From NCBI RefSeq assembly GCF_001194135.2, contig NC_068991.1:34956207-35020206 (forward strand): a DNA stretch of 64,000 nucleotides. Direction: 5' to 3'. Both the position numbers and the translations under genes were made by a program. Each line of letters begins with the position of its first letter. Within the stretch, counting starts at the first letter, position 1. Below are positions 24,088-37,960 of the stretch, piece after piece. The DNA comes from Octopus bimaculoides (Eukaryota). The notes under the pieces were generated by a model. It was not told the origin of the DNA. It made no database searches and saw nothing but the letters and a program-made list of their open reading frames with translations.

Positions 24088-25359
24088 GACAAAATGAAAT
24101 AACAAAGCCAAGGCTGTGAGGAGTTTTCAGGACATTTATAAGGAAAAAGATATATAGTTTTATAGCTGTTTCTGGGATATTATGGATATCCCTTCATTGG
24201 AGACGATGTAAGATGGTTAAATAGAGGTAAATATTTGAGTTCGAAATAAGGAATTATTATGGAAAAGAAGAAGATAGGGAATACAGAGGAAAATAAGAGA
24301 ATGAAAGTAGAAATTAAATATAAAATATATAAAAATATTGTAGTTACAGTTCCATTATTTGAGGAAAGTGGTGTATAGAAGTGGTAAAAAAGTTTCCTGT
24401 ACATGGTATGTAAGTTCCAATAGTAGTTCATATTTAGTCATTTCAAAGTATAGAGCTATACTTCTCCTAATCAAAAAAGCTCATTTCTGTTTGATAGTTA
24501 TACTAGAATTTATTTATTATTATCTTAATTATAAAATATATAACTCCAAAAGAGTTTAAAATTTTAAAAACGAAGAAAAAAATTTAAAATAACAAAACAA
24601 AAAAAGCGCCCATGTGTGCTAAAAAATAAATAAATAAAACAAAAAATGTTTTGAATCAAATAGGTGCATTTCTTTTTTTTTTTGTTGCTTTTTTGCTAAT
24701 TAATGATTGAATACTTAATTAAATTTACAATTATAATTCTCATAATTAATTAACCTTTTACTCTGAATGATTGTTTGATTGACTAATATATTGATTACTT
24801 ATAACTTGCATTTAGGTAGTTTGAATCAATATTTAGCATTTCTAGCACAGCAACTTGCGTTTTTTGACTACTACAATGAAAAAAAATTGCAGATTCACCA
24901 CTCACCAATTTATTTTTGTTTTTTTTTGTTGTTTTTTTTTTGTTTTTTTGGCATGATCTAACAAACTAATACTTATTTACGATTTATTTAATATGTTGGA
25001 AATCTAACACTGCTTGAAGTCCAACATCAAGTGTAAATATGCACCACCTTTCTAGCATAAATCTATTTCTATTAATTATTCTAATAATTTTCTCTACATT
25101 TGCTCATTTTCTAATTTTAGTTACAATTTTCGATTTTATCATGAGCCAGTGTAACTAAAGTGCTCTTACAATTCATTTATTATTTACTTAGATTAATACT
25201 TATTCTTATTTTAATTCAATCATCAAACATGAAAAATAATTCAAAAATTATTTAACAAAAGTATTAAATAAAATGAAAAATTCTTAATCAGGTACAATTA
25301 TAAATTATTAATTGTCACTATTTATTAGTTTATTTGCATTGCCTGGAAAAATAATGGAA

Positions 25360-26240
25360 TACAATAGAAAATGCGGGCACATGGAGGTTAATATTCTTAA
25401 GTTATTACACCAGGCAAAGTACAGGACAAGCATATTTTTGCTTAAAATATTGCAGCTGTAGTTAAAATTTTAAAATATATCTAGATTTAAAAACTAAAAA
25501 TAATAGCTTTTATTAGCTACTCTATAATTAAAAATTAACTCAAATAATAGATTTAAGGCTAACTGTTAACAAAAAATAAAAAATTTTTCAATAGCCCCGT
25601 TTAAAATGTTTTTTCAATTACAAGTTTTTAAATACTCCCATATCCATATGGAGTGGGTGTATTGAGAGATTTACCTCCCCCCGACATTTCATACCACATG
25701 AGCTATGTAGCCCCTCACAAAGAAGAAAAATTTAATTAGAAAGAGTACCCCACCCCCACCTCTGGAAAATATCACTGTACCCTCCTCTAAGCCTCAATCC
25801 TACCATAAAGATATCAACTGAACTTTCCTTTTTTGAAATTTCCAGAAGACCAGCCTTATGGTGTCTTTATCAATGAATTATAGTGTGCCAATTTTTATCA
25901 AAATGATGAGCAAAAAAGGAATTTAAGTAGTTCTTAAACTTGTAATTGAAAAAACATTTTTAATGGGACTATTGAAAAATTTGTTACTTTTTGCTAATAG
26001 TTAGCCTTAAATTTATTATTTGAGTTGATTTTTTAATTATAGAATAGCTTATAAAAGCTATTATTTTTAGTTTTTAAATCTAAATATATTTTTAAATTTT
26101 AACAATAGCAGCAATATTTTAAGTATAAATATGCTTGTCCTGTACTCTTCCAGGTGTAATAACTTATCCTGTACTTTTCCTGTACTTATTAAAATAACTT
26201 AAGAATAGTAACCTCCATGTGTCTGCATTTTTCATTGTAT
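25360..26240. mobile_element. AT-rich foldback/MITE-like element with ~220-bp inverted arms
   Basis: 25360-25575 (TACAATAGAAAATGC...GTTAATATTCTTAAGTTATTACACC...) is inverted at 25988-26240. Same family as 46640-47810. Confidence 0.7.
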
Positions 26241-26974
26241 AGTGTGGGCATGAATGAATGTGTATACAGAGAATACTTTGCACTTGTATGTAAAGAAGCA
26301 GATTTGGTAATTTAGGAAGTATAGTTTCAGTACTCTTAATATTTATTCTCTTTATGAGAGTTCGTTCAATCAGTTCTTGTCAATCAAAACAAAAATAAAT
26401 ACAGATAGATTTAACAGGGCTGGATGGATTTAAAGTTTGAGGACACAGGGGATTATTAATGAACCTAATTTTAATAAACTACATCACCATTAAGTCTGTC
26501 AAGAATTTTTTGCAGCTGAAAGGAACCTAAAGATTGCAGGCATGTTGTAGTGGGACTAATCCCAATTTTCATAACTTTACATAGTTAAAGAGATATTTCT
26601 AGTCCAGGATAGATACATTTGTCTAATGCATGATTTTTTTATACTATAGGAAACTTTGATGCAATAAACTATTTACATTAAGAAGAGAAAATAAACAACA
26701 CTAATGCCACCACCATATAAGATGTTACATATAAAGAAAATTAGGGTTAATACTAAGAAGAGCGGGATGTTTTTCCTTTTACTAAACAATCAACAGAGAA
26801 GTAAAATTGTCAGCTCCTCATCCAGACAACTGAGGCAAGAAAAGTTATGTCTTGTTCAGTGGTTCAACATTATGGATCTAGTATTGTCTGAACTGAAGAC
26901 CTGTTCCAATATAACAATATAACAATAGCCAAGTGACTGAAATTAATACAGGAATGTGGTCAGAAATTCTTTGT

Positions 26975-27075
26975 CATCCAGGCAAACATCCAGCTGATCA
27001 CGCCTGCTACAGTTCTTGCCAATCTTCACACATTCTCTGCATCCAGTGCCCACATCTCACTGCCGTACAGCATCA
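26975..27075 (-). mobile_element. Short RTE fragment abutting the Gypsy integrase
   Basis: Reads MMLYGSEMWALDAENV*RLARTVAGVISWM on the minus strand. Confidence 0.6.
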
Positions 27076-30000
27076 TATTTCATACACAAGTACCATGCAA
27101 TTTGTGTAAAAAACTTACTGTAACCGCAGATGTCAGCTTTTCACACTTATGCACTTCAGGCCACTTTGAAAAACTGTCCACCACAAGGTAATATGAACCC
27201 TTAAGTGGACCTGCATAATCAACATGCAGCCTGAACTATGGAATATCTGTTTTTGGCCACGGTTGCCGTTTAGTGGTATGTCATTTTTAATCTAAAATAT
27301 ACTCTCCTTCATTTTCTACAATACTCTTCCATCTATCTGATGGACTTGCAAGGCCCCTCTTCCAAAATTCACTTGTCTGTGATGAAAAATACTCCTCCAG
27401 TACTGTTCTGACCTTCTCTACAGAATTCATATTTTTTCCGTCCAAATGATTTCAAAGACTACAAAATAATTGATAATCAGATGGGACAATATCCGGCAAA
27501 TATGGTGGGTGGGGCATTGTTTCCCATTCAAACTGCTCCAGCCTTTGGAATGTCCTCTTCGCTGTATGTGGCTGAGCATTATCTTAATGGAAGAATACCT
27601 TACGTCTTGAAACCAAAGATGGTCGTTTTGCTTCTAGTGATGAATGGTTAAATGACCAAATCCAAGCTTCTCTGCTAGTTCCTCAATAGTTACAATGGGA
27701 TTTTGTTCCACCAGGGTTTGCAGGATGTCCTCGTCCAGCTCTACAGATCTTCCAGGATCTTGTCTTCTAGGCTGTAGTTTCCGGCTCGGAATTTCTGGAA
27801 CCACCGTTAACACTCGCTTATGTTTACTGTCTGATCCTCATATACTGCATTAATATTCCTCACATTTTCCGTTGCACTGTTACCTTTATTGAACTCATAA
27901 AGCAAAATATGCTGAATATGCTCCTTTGCTACTTGCATTATAGCTTTGAAAAAATAACTGTTAAAATCGAACTGCACTAAGAATAAGTACAAGGTAAAAT
28001 TACTACCTGCTTTTATAGCAAGTTGATGCAAGTAGTTTATCTCATCCCCCTCTGACTTTTAATTCATGCAATTGAAAAAAACTGCATTATTTATGGGATG
28101 ACCTAATACATAACTTCTCATTAGTGATTCCATTCTCGAAACCCCTGGGTGACCAATGTGAAATCCCTTTAGTAATCACGTCTGTTGTGCGGCTGGCACT
28201 ATGAATTTGTGCAAACACATTGTCACACATTGAGAATGGGTTCAACTTTGTGTTGTGCATATTTTCATCTCTTTTAGCCATCAACGTTTCTTTCATTTTT
28301 TTTTAATTAATTAGTTTTCCGATTTTAATTTTGTCTAGTAGTTCATGTATGACATTACACAAAACATTTTTAATTTCATTTTCTGCTTGCAACGCAGCAA
28401 TCATGGTATCTTCAAATGGTTCAGCATTTTTTGAAATCAGTCTTGATAGGTAATCAGCGTGTACTAATTTTTTTGATGGTATATACTCCATCTTAAAATC
28501 ATAGTTTAATAATATAGTACCCCAGCATTGCAACCTATTAGCAGTATGGGTAGGGATTCCTTCCTTTGACTCATATATAGATAATAATGGATGATGATCA
28601 GTCTGTAGTTGAAAACTTTTACCATGTAAAAATCTATGAAATTATTTTATGGCAAAAATAATCAATAGAGCCTCATTTTCAATTTGGCTGTAATTTTTTT
28701 TTTTTTTTCCTGATATCAGAGAACATGAAGCATGAACCACTGCCTTCATGTTACCATCTTTATATTTATGTAGCATTACTGCTCCAATACCATACTCAGA
28801 GGCATCTCTGCTGCAGGATCAAAGTGTGCTAACAAGAAATCAGAGGTTAATATTTTTAAAATTTCGTTGAAAAGCCTTCTGACAATTTTTAGACCAATTC
28901 CACTTTACATCTTTTTTAATAGATTATTTAGTGGAACTCTTACCTTATGCATGTTTGGAATATAACTTTGGTAATAATTTGCCAGTCCCAAAAAAGCTTG
29001 TAACGTTGCTATATTTGTTGGAGGGGCCATATTTTTAATTGTGTCTACCCTCGACAGATCTGGTTGACATCCATTTCTGTCAATGATTTGTCTTAAATAT
29101 TTTATTTTCAGTAAGAAAAATTCACACTTTTCTTCACTCAAAGTAAAGCCATAATCCCTAACTTTTTCGAACACATATTTTACATGCTCTACGTGTTGGT
29201 CCCAAGTTTTGCTTTTGGTAAATTCAGTCTGCTAACATTGCATCCATAATCTGTTGAAAAATCGCCAGTGTGACTTTTAAGCCAAATGGTAACCTGTTGT
29301 ATACAGTGTGTTAATTGTTAGGTATTTAGAATATTCATCATCTACCTTGATTTGTAGGAACACATCAGAGAGATCCAACTTAGAAAATATCTTGCCACCA
29401 TTTAATTTTGCAAATATGTCTTCCGGAGTAGATAGTGGATAGTGGAGCGTTTTAAGACATTCATTTAAACCAGTGGAAAAATCATCACACACTCTGATTT
29501 TATTATTCTTTTTCTTAAAGTACACAGTCGGTACTGCTCATTTAGAGTATTCCCCTTTCTGAATAACTCTAATTTTTTCTAGTCTCTCTAACTCTAAGTT
29601 TATCTGTTCTAATGCTGCGAATGGTACAGTTCTTTTTGGTTTAAATACTGGTATGGCATTTTCTTTTACTTGAAACTTCGCCTTTGTTTTGGTGCACAGA
29701 CCTAATTTATCAGACAAAACTTCAGGAGAAATCTTTTTAAATTTTTTAAAATTTTTCTGACAACTTATTTGCACTGGTGGTAAAACCATTCACATTTTTA
29801 CAGAAAAGATTTATGGGGAGGTCCCATAAGTTAAATAATTCCATCCAGTCTGTGCCGAATAAATATATCATATTTCAACACAAAAATTGGCTTTTAAGCT
29901 TTTTCCATGAAATGTAACATCACTTATCATTTTTTGCCCTTAAAATGTAATTTTTTCCCTGAAACATCACATGTAATTTTTAAATTTTCTTTTCTGCGTC

Positions 30001-30770
30001 AATTATTGAGATATCACTGTCCATATCCAATCATAACTTTACGTTTATGTTATTAATTTTTTACATACACAAATTTCCTTTGAGACTCGTTCATATTTCT
30101 AGTCACCGATATCCTGTCTACATGATTTTTGCTGTTGAACTGTTTTTTAGGTTTTGTTTTACTGTGTGATTTTTATGACCTATCTTACCACACTTGAAGC
30201 ATTTTATATTTTTAAATGGACAGTTACTTTTAAAATGTAGACCACTGCACCATAACATGGATTCAGTCTTGACATTTTTTCTCTTTTTTCTTATCTATTA
30301 CCGGTTAAAATGCATGAATATGAGAGCAGTCTTTTTCTTCAATTTTATCTGTGTCATGTCTTAGATTTATAATCTTCTGGCATTCTTCTCCTACTGCCTG
30401 TAGAGTTAATTTTTGGTCCCATTCTAATTTTGTGAATATCTGGAATATATATCTCCATCTTTGCTTGTAGTTAGCCTGTGAACAAAAATTAGACATTTGA
30501 ATATGTCTAGGGTTAATTCATTTAATTTGAATTTTTCACATTCTCTGATAACAACCCCATCATAGGTGACAAAATCTTCAACATTTTTTTGACCAAATTC
30601 AAACATTGCCAGCAAGTATTGAACATGGAACAAATCTCAACTGGCTTCTTCGACAGAATATAGTTACTATATTTTTCATGTTTGGCAGGGGATAACTTTC
30701 TTAAAAGTAGTTGTACTTTTTTCTCATCAGACCAATTTTTACATTCTTCTTTGAAGACTTCTTTGTATCT
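27070..30770 (-). mobile_element. Gypsy/Ty3 LTR retrotransposon internal region (gag-zinc knuckle, protease, RT, RNase H, integrase), degenerate
   Basis: Gag-like ORFs at 30305-30633, CFKCGKIGH knuckle ~30190, LDMDSDISII protease-site remnant ~30010, RT FSKLDLSDVFLQ (29277-29525), LQAFLGLANYY (28905-29174), RNase H ENFQLQTDHHPLLSI (~28590), integrase RLHVDYAGPLKGSYYLVVDSFSKWPEV (~27230). No LTRs recognised. Confidence 0.93.
27288..28040 (-). mobile_element. Internally deleted mariner transposase inserted in the Gypsy integrase
   Basis: N-terminal KEHIQHILLYEFNKGNSATENVRNINAVY (ORF 27807-28031), RWFQKFRAGNYSLED, and C-terminal PHPPY.PDIAPSDYQL...GEYILD*. Confidence 0.85.
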
Positions 30771-30789
30771 TTGAAAATATGCAGAGAAG

Positions 30790-31845
30790 GTAATCCCTTC
30801 TTCTTTTCAATGAGTTCTGTAGAGACAAAAATAAATGGTAGTCAGATGACACAATATCAGGAGAATATGGTGGATGGGGTAAGAGATCCCAGCCAAGTTC
30901 ATGTAACTTTGTTCAGATAGCCAAAGATACATGTGGTTGGGCACTGTCTTGTTGGAACACTACCCCTTTCCTGTTGGCAATCTCCAGCCTCAATTCTTTG
31001 GGGTTTTTTTTTTTTGTTCAATTTAGCCAGCTGACAACAGTACACATGGTCTGGTTTTGTGGGAGAAGCTCATAATAAATAATGCTTTTATGATCCTACC
31101 AATCACAAAGCATAGCTTTTTTTGCATAGATATTCATCTTTGGCTGCTGTTTTGGGGGATCCTTATGCAAACTTCAGGATCTTTTTTACACTAAGTTTTC
31201 ATACACAATCCATTTTTCATCTCCAGTCATAAGTTGTTTCAAAAAAGGCATGCTTTCATTCTGTTTCAAAAGCATATCACAAATGGAATATCAGTCCAAG
31301 CAATTCTTTTCTGAGAGTTTGCAAGAGACCCATACATTATAGCGAGAAATGTATCCTAGCTTCACTAGGTATTCATGAGCTGTACTTTTAGAAACTTCCA
31401 ACTCCTCTGCAAGTTCTCTAGTCATGATATTTGAGTTTTCTTCGATTTTACCTTCAAAACATCTTCATCCAAATTTGAAGGTCTTCCACTGCAGCTGTCA
31501 TCTTCCAAACTAAACTCTCCAGCTTTAAATTTTGGAAAGCACCTTTGAACAGTTCATACACCTCCAGCAACATCACCATAAACTTCACAAATGTTTTGCA
31601 AGTCTTTGCAACATTTTCTCCTTTTTTAAAAAAGAAAAGCATTATAACACGAATATGAAATTTTTGGTTATCCATTTCAAGTGTCAATAAAGGGTAACTG
31701 GAATGAAAGATAAATCTATTTTTAGTCAGAAACAATAAGAGATGCACTACCACTTCAACAACTATGTTATGTTTCAGGTATGGTCAATGAAGTGTTAAAA
31801 GATTTAGCTTCAAAACACTCAGAACTTTCCAGACAACCTAATATA
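30790..31845 (-). mobile_element. Mariner element, degenerate, 3'-truncated
   Basis: ORF 31454-31753 reads MDNQKFHIRVIMLFFFKKGENVAKT. YSPDIVSSDYHLFLSLQNSL lies near 30810-30870. TIR-like TATTAGGTTGTCTGGAAAGTTC ends ~31843. Confidence 0.85.
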
Positions 31846-31904
31846 TGGAATCTCTACCAACTCCTTTTCTGCATATTGAACATGACCAAGGTAATATTTC
31901 ATCA

Positions 31905-32192
31905 TAGCTAGACATGAGATTTAGCATGCCCCTGGACTGGCTCTTGTGCGGATGGCACATAAAAGACACCATTTCGAGCGTGGCCGTTTTCGTGCGGGTG
32001 ACACATAAAAGCACCCACTACACTCTCTGAGTGGTTGGCGTTAGGAAGGGCATCCAGCTGTAGAAACTCTGCCAAATTAGATTGGAGCCTGGTGTAGCCA
32101 TCCGGTTGCACCAGTCCTCAGTCAAATCGTCCAACCCATGCTAGCATGGAAAGCGGACGTTTAAACGATGATGATGATGATGATGATGATGC
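31905..32192 (+). mobile_element. Young copy of the RTE-tail short repeat ending in (GAT)n
   Basis: GGTTGGCGTTAGGAAGGGCATCCAGCTGTAGAAAC...GCATGGAAAGCGGACGTTTAAACGATGATGATG, with CpGs retained. Confidence 0.85.
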
Positions 32193-32847
32193 ATCCAACT
32201 ATAGCAAATCTTTCACAACAAATTTCATCTGATTCATGCAAGTATGGAAAAGGGAACATTATGATGATGGTGGTGATGATAATGATGAGTATTATTATGC
32301 TGTGTTTCTTTAAATGCAGCTGTACCTTATTCATCAGTATTTTCTGCAATGGTACTTATCTTTACAGTGTGACAATTATGATGCATTTTCACTCATCCAG
32401 TCTCTGCAGTGCTTGCTACTAAAATATGTATACATTAGTAGGATTACTGGCTTGTTCTTTCAGCATTACAAACAAGCTCTTTTATAGTTAAAAGGCTGAG
32501 TAGTATTCTCTTTTGAATCTGGTCCTTCCATATCATTTTTGGTGATGATTGTAGATTTAATGGATACAAATGCCTTCACTGCATTAATATGAAGTTTATC
32601 CTTCACAATGGTAGAAATCAACATGAGACAAACTGAAACCTCATGTAAACACTGAAACAGCTTTTCCTTATTCATGCTGGGCTGTTAACTTAATCAATTT
32701 CTTTTTTCTTAAGCAGCAGGAAACTCACTTTTACAAGTGTTAGGGATGTTTTAGGGTTAATAAGCAACACAAAAATAAAATCAAATAAATAATTGAGAAC
32801 CAAAATCAAAATAAAGTTATTTTATGGATAAAGTTGAATCTACTTAC

Positions 32848-33089
32848 AGCTCTGCCATCAAGTTCATCACAAACTTTTTGACTTTTTTCTAAGTCCTTTT
32901 CTATTTCCTTTACACTGAACTTGTCACTCATCCGTTGCATGAAGTTTCCTTGGAGCTTTTGATTCTTCCTTTTTACCATTTCTTGAAATTTATTTATTTC
33001 TGCTAATTGTTCTTTTCTTTTAGTTGCCAATCCAAGACCTTCTCGGTTACATTTTACTTTGATGGGGACTGGTTCTGAACGTCCTTGAC
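32848..33089 (-). CDS. GPATCH11: GPATCH11 coding exon 3: (G)QGRSEPVPIKVKCNREGLG...DLEKSQKVCDELDGRA
   Basis: TTTTAAAG| acceptor and |GTAAGT donor, 242 nt. Contains the second half of the G-patch (EPVPI...REGLG) and DLEKSQKVCDELD. Confidence 0.96.
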
Positions 33090-33559
33090 CTTTAAAACAA
33101 AATCCAATAATATAATCAGCAATAGAAAGTGTGTAAGATGAGAAGAAATATATAATCAATTGATTTGGATCATATTACTGATTTTAATTTATTTTCCCAA
33201 CTGGAATGGAAGACAAAGCACCAAACTAGAAACCAAAGTAAAAATTTATTATACATGGAAAGAAACACTAATTTAGAAAGTGACAGCATCGCAGTCAAGA
33301 ATAGATTAAATATAAATGAGAAAAAAGACTAAAACCTTTTACCATGAAATAAAGAAATAACTTTAATCCTGATATTTCCACTGAAAAAGGTTTTATTCAA
33401 AGGTAAAGAGAAAGACAGAGATGTTTTAGTTTGTCAGAGTTCCTGTCTATATGATGGGGTTGAGAAGTGCTGAGACAGTGTTGAGACAATTAGGCGTTGA
33501 GAGCATGAGAAGTGTTGAGACAATGAGATTGAATTTTGCATGGCACAGGAACTGGTAAA

Positions 33560-34150
33560 AGTGGCTAGATTAGTCAATGTGCTTCATGCATTTTATGTCA
33601 GCTATTGATGGTGGGTTTGAATTGTTTTATGAGAGCTACCTCCTTAATTCACAAATACCCAACATTTCAGTCTGCATCTCTGAAAGTGAAAGTAATGTCT
33701 TGGCTGCAGCATTTATTCAGGTAATTTTTTCACTGATGAAGCATCTGTATGGAGATGTCCATTGATTTGGATGTATGAGTGCTGAAGAATGCTACCAATA
33801 TAGTATCTGCTGCCTTGTGAGCATGGTAGATGATATGTATACCCATAAAAATATGTCCAGGTGGCAAAATAGACAGTCAGCCAACATGGTTATATCATAT
33901 GCATAAGGAGACCATCTTTTATACAGATATTTTGGGCTTGCATGGGATAGCTGTATATCTAACCTTTATCTACATATAGCCTTGTAGACAGCAGAAGTTG
34001 CTTGGTTGATGAAGAGTTGTTTTATTTCTTTCACTTGGAAGATGTTTAGTAGCTGATAAAGGTTGCTGGGTAACCATGAATTTCCAGCATCCTTAAGAAC
34101 TACTTGGTATGGCAAACTTCTTCAATATATAGTCCATCTTTTAATCTAAA
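33560..34150 (-). mobile_element. Possible highly decayed Penelope-like fragment
   Basis: C/A-rich composition on the minus strand and faint similarity to PLE C-terminal regions. No clean motif. Confidence 0.25.
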
Positions 34151-34218
34151 AAAGCAGCAAAGCCAATGATTTACTATTACAAATGTTGCTATCTCTTTCT
34201 CTCTCTCTCTTTCTCTCA

Positions 34219-34265
<47 letters not shown>

Positions 34266-34759
34266 TCTAGAAGATCGTCAGATCAAATCTCAGGCATTTG
34301 ATTTGATGATATGTAGTAAGACTTGCTGACAATGTCAAATAAGTAAAGTTATTCAATATGACACAGTAATTCATTATTTAAGACCAGAGTTAGGGTTATG
34401 GTAGAACAATGCACTGCAGGCTAAGTCACTTTATGCAACAGTTATTGCTGATTCCTTGTATAGTTATAATTACATATTTCAGAGACAGAACAATTTACAG
34501 TTAAAGGGCTTCAGTCATTTCTGATTAAGTAGACATAAGACACTGAGGTAGCAAACAATCCAATATTGGTTATAACCTTTGAACTTGTATACCCTGCATT
34601 CCTCATTTGATCAGAAATCATCCTTTATGTTACCATGCAATAGCCACTTAAGTGGAGGTGCAGGAAGGCAATCAGCATATGTTATATTCTCTGCTCCAAT
34701 TTTTACATGATCTGAAAATTTGATGGTTTTCTGAAGTAGGGTGAATGGACTAGAAACAT

Positions 34760-35192
34760 TGCAGTGTGGTTAAGAAGATCACTTTGCAACCACATGGTTT
34801 TAGGTTCAGTCCCATTGTGTGGCACCTTGGGCAAGTGTCATCTACTATAGCCCAAGGCAGACCAATACCCTTCAAGTGAATCTGATAGACAGAAACTGTA
34901 TGGAAGTCCATTGTGTGTGTCTGTCACACATGTGCATGTGTGCGTGTGTTCATGCATGCATGCATGCATGCCTGTCTGTCTTTGTGTTTGTCCCCCTCAC
35001 CACTGGAGACACTGGTGTTGGTTTGTTTATGTCATCATAATTTAGCAGTTTGGCAAAAGAGACTGATAGAATATGTACCAGACTTTAATAAAACATCAGT
35101 ACTGAGGTTGATTTGTTCAACTGAACCCTTTGAGGCAGAGGCCTAACATAGCCACAATTCAATGACTGAAACAGGTAAACAATAAAAGATAA
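34760..35192 (+). mobile_element. tRNA-derived SINE (older copy)
   Basis: GTGTGGTTAAG...GGTTCAGTCCC...CACCTTGGGCAAGTG...TGACTGAAACAGGTAAAC. Confidence 0.8.
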
Positions 35193-35359
35193 AATTTAAT
35201 AGTAGTTCTTGTAGAATTTATCATCCAACAGACTTTTTATTAAATAAAAATGTCAGTAATAAATAATAGTTAATAAATAAAATCTATGTCCCCAAATTTG
35301 AAATTTAAAATTTTTAGTCTGATAAACAAACATCAGAAAAGAATAGGGTATCAACCAAC

Positions 35360-35589
35360 CTTCTTTGCCTAGTGACATTCCTGGTTTATAACCCATTTTC
35401 TGTAATAATGCAAATCCTTTGTTATCTTCACTGAGCTTTATACTTAAACCTTCTGTTCGCCTTTCTTTTTCACTTTCTTTCATATTCTTTCGTTTCAACT
35501 GGTTCTGTCTGTTGGCCTGTTTTGTTGCCTTCTCTACATGGTATTGTCGACTTGTTGCTTTAGACACAAGTCCTGGTCGTAAGTTAACA
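35360..35589 (-). CDS. GPATCH11: GPATCH11 coding exon 2: (C)VNLRPGLVSK...LSEDNKGFALLQKMGYKPGMSLGKE
   Basis: TTCATTCTAG| acceptor and |GTTGGT donor, 230 nt. Canonical G-patch start NKGFALLQKMGYKPGMSLGK, and LRPGL as in orthologues. Confidence 0.96.
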
Positions 35590-35858
35590 CTAGAATGAAA
35601 TCATCACATGTATTAATTGATTCATCTGTAGTCCTACATATGATAACATCCCATAACTGACTGGCCGATTAGGGCAACACTGGGAAATATATGTTATATA
35701 GTTATAAGTTTGTCTTGCTGCTCATTTCAATCTGAATCCATTCGAAATGACCTAAGGTCAGCTAAATCAGTATTTCAGAAAGAAGTTAGGGATATAGGTA
35801 AGTGTAATGAATCTAATGTTAAAGTTTAATATGTATGTGTATATACTTAAATAAATAA

Positions 35859-35906
<48 letters not shown>

Positions 35907-36599
35907 TAGTAGAAACACCCACCGTTGATTGGGTTGAAAAAAGCTGCCAAAATTATATTATGAATATTGAAAGTTATTCACTTAGATTGTATTGAATATA
36001 TACAAGAAATGACTGTCAACTTTCATGTAGAGAATAGAACTGTTTCCTTCTGGCCAATAGCATCATGGGTGCATATAAACTTTTGATCTATGATCTCTAG
36101 TATTTCAGTCTAGAAATGAAGCAAACATTGCAGACTTTGGCTTATGCCTAGTACAAGGTAATTAAGTAAAAGTTAGGGGAAAACTAAAAACATATGTACT
36201 ATAATTTATTGAATTTAAGTATTACAACAAGCAAAAATACAAATAGCTTTTCAAAACAAATAAAAACAATATAATAATGCTATTAAAGTGCATACACAAA
36301 TTTAATAGGAATACATAATAACAATCTATCTCTGAGTAGCATACTACTTACACAGAATAATGAAGGAGACAACTGAAGATCAAACATTGTAAAACATGAA
36401 AAATAGTCCATGAATAATTTTAAGAAAATGACTCTCCCCAGACACAACAGAATTTTGTTTTTAGTTTTCCTAGAACTTTCATTTAGTTTTATTGTGTCTG
36501 GGGAGAATCCTTCTGTCTTGATGTCTTATTAACACTCGCCAGTTCGAGTTCCACTCATTTGTTTTGTTTTTTTTCCTAAAATTTTTGTTGCTTGTTGCA

Positions 36600-37960
36600 A
36601 TGTCTTCAATAGTTGTCGACTGTGTCCATTATCAGAGCTGCATTTCTGCTTGTTTGTTTGTTTGTGCGCTAAATTTCAACCTTTTATCACTCCCCCTCAT
36701 GCATCTTCCTCCCTCAATATCTCTTCCATCTTTTTTCATTGATTTGATAAACCTAAAAACTCTGTCTGGGTTCTCATCTAGCCCACACAATCTCCCCTCA
36801 GCCTCCNNNNNNNNNNNNNNNNNNNNNNNNNNNNNNNNNNNNNNNNNNNNNNNNNNNNNNNNNNNNNNNNNNNNNNNNNNNNNNNNNNNNNNNNNNNNNN
36901 NNNNNNNNNNNNNNNNNNNNNNNNNNNNNNNNNNNNNNNNNNNNNNNNNNNNNNNNNNNNNNNNNNNNNNNNNNNNNNNNNNNNNNNNNNNNNNNNNNNN
37001 NNNNNNNNNNNNNNNNNNNNNNNNNNNNNNNNNNNNNNNNNNNNNNNNNNNNNNNNNNNNNNNNNNNNNNNNNNNNNNNNNNNNNNNNNNNNNNNNNNNN
37101 NNNNNNNNNNNNNNNNNNNNNNNNNNNNNNNNNNNNNNNNNNNNNNNNNNNNNNNNNNNNNNNNNNNNNNNNNNNNNNNNNNNNNNNNNNNNNNNNNNNN
37201 NNNNNNNNNNNNNNNNNNNNNNNNNNNNNNNNNNNNNNNNNNNNNNNNNNNNNNNNNNNNNNNNNNNNNNNNNNNNNNNNNNNNNNNNNNNNNNNNNNNN
37301 NNNNNNNNNNNNNNNNNNNNNNNNNNNNNNNNNNNNNNNNNNNNNNNNNNNNNNNNNNNNNNNNNNNNNNNNNNNNNNNNNNNNNNNNNNNNNNNNNNNN
37401 NNNNNNNNNNNNNNNNNNNNNNNNNNNNNNNNNNNNNNNNNNNNNNNNNNNNNNNNNNNNNNNNNNCCCATGTCCCAAACCAATTCATCTACCTTATGTA
37501 AGTCCCACTCATTCGTCATTTCATCAAAGGACTGCTATTTCTCAGTGATCCCTCTTCTACTCTGCGGACGATACCCACAAATCACTCTCACCACTTCTTC
37601 CTCAAATACTAACACTAATGTCATCATTCTATCACTCTTTCTCCTGACCTCCACCACCTTCTCACAGATTTCTTCCTTCATTAAAACTCCCACACTTCCA
37701 GTCCCCTTGCTATTTCCTGACCACCACAACTTGTACCTTTTTCCCTTGACCCCAACTATGTCACCCTGATATAGTTTCCTGCTACCACCACCATATTTCC
37801 CATCCTTCCAGGCCTGTTTCTTTGCTGTAATGACCATGTTGACTACATTATTCCACCACCATGTCACCTTAGGTTGAGAAAGGGGCTTTGCATCAGCCAT
37901 TTGCTTCTTCTACAGAACCATTGTCCATTCCCTCTTTGTTTTCTTTCCTAACTGGGCTGG
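36600..37960 (-). mobile_element. RTE-clade LINE fragment (APE endonuclease and linker) spanning a gap
   Basis: ORF 37535-37900 reads RYKLWWSGNSKGTGSVGVLMKEEICEKVVEVRRKSDRMMTLVLVFEEEVVRVICGY. 36670-36806 reads VFRFIKSMKKDGRDIEGGRCMRG. Confidence 0.85.
36807..37467. other. Assembly gap
   Basis: Run of N. Confidence 0.99.
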
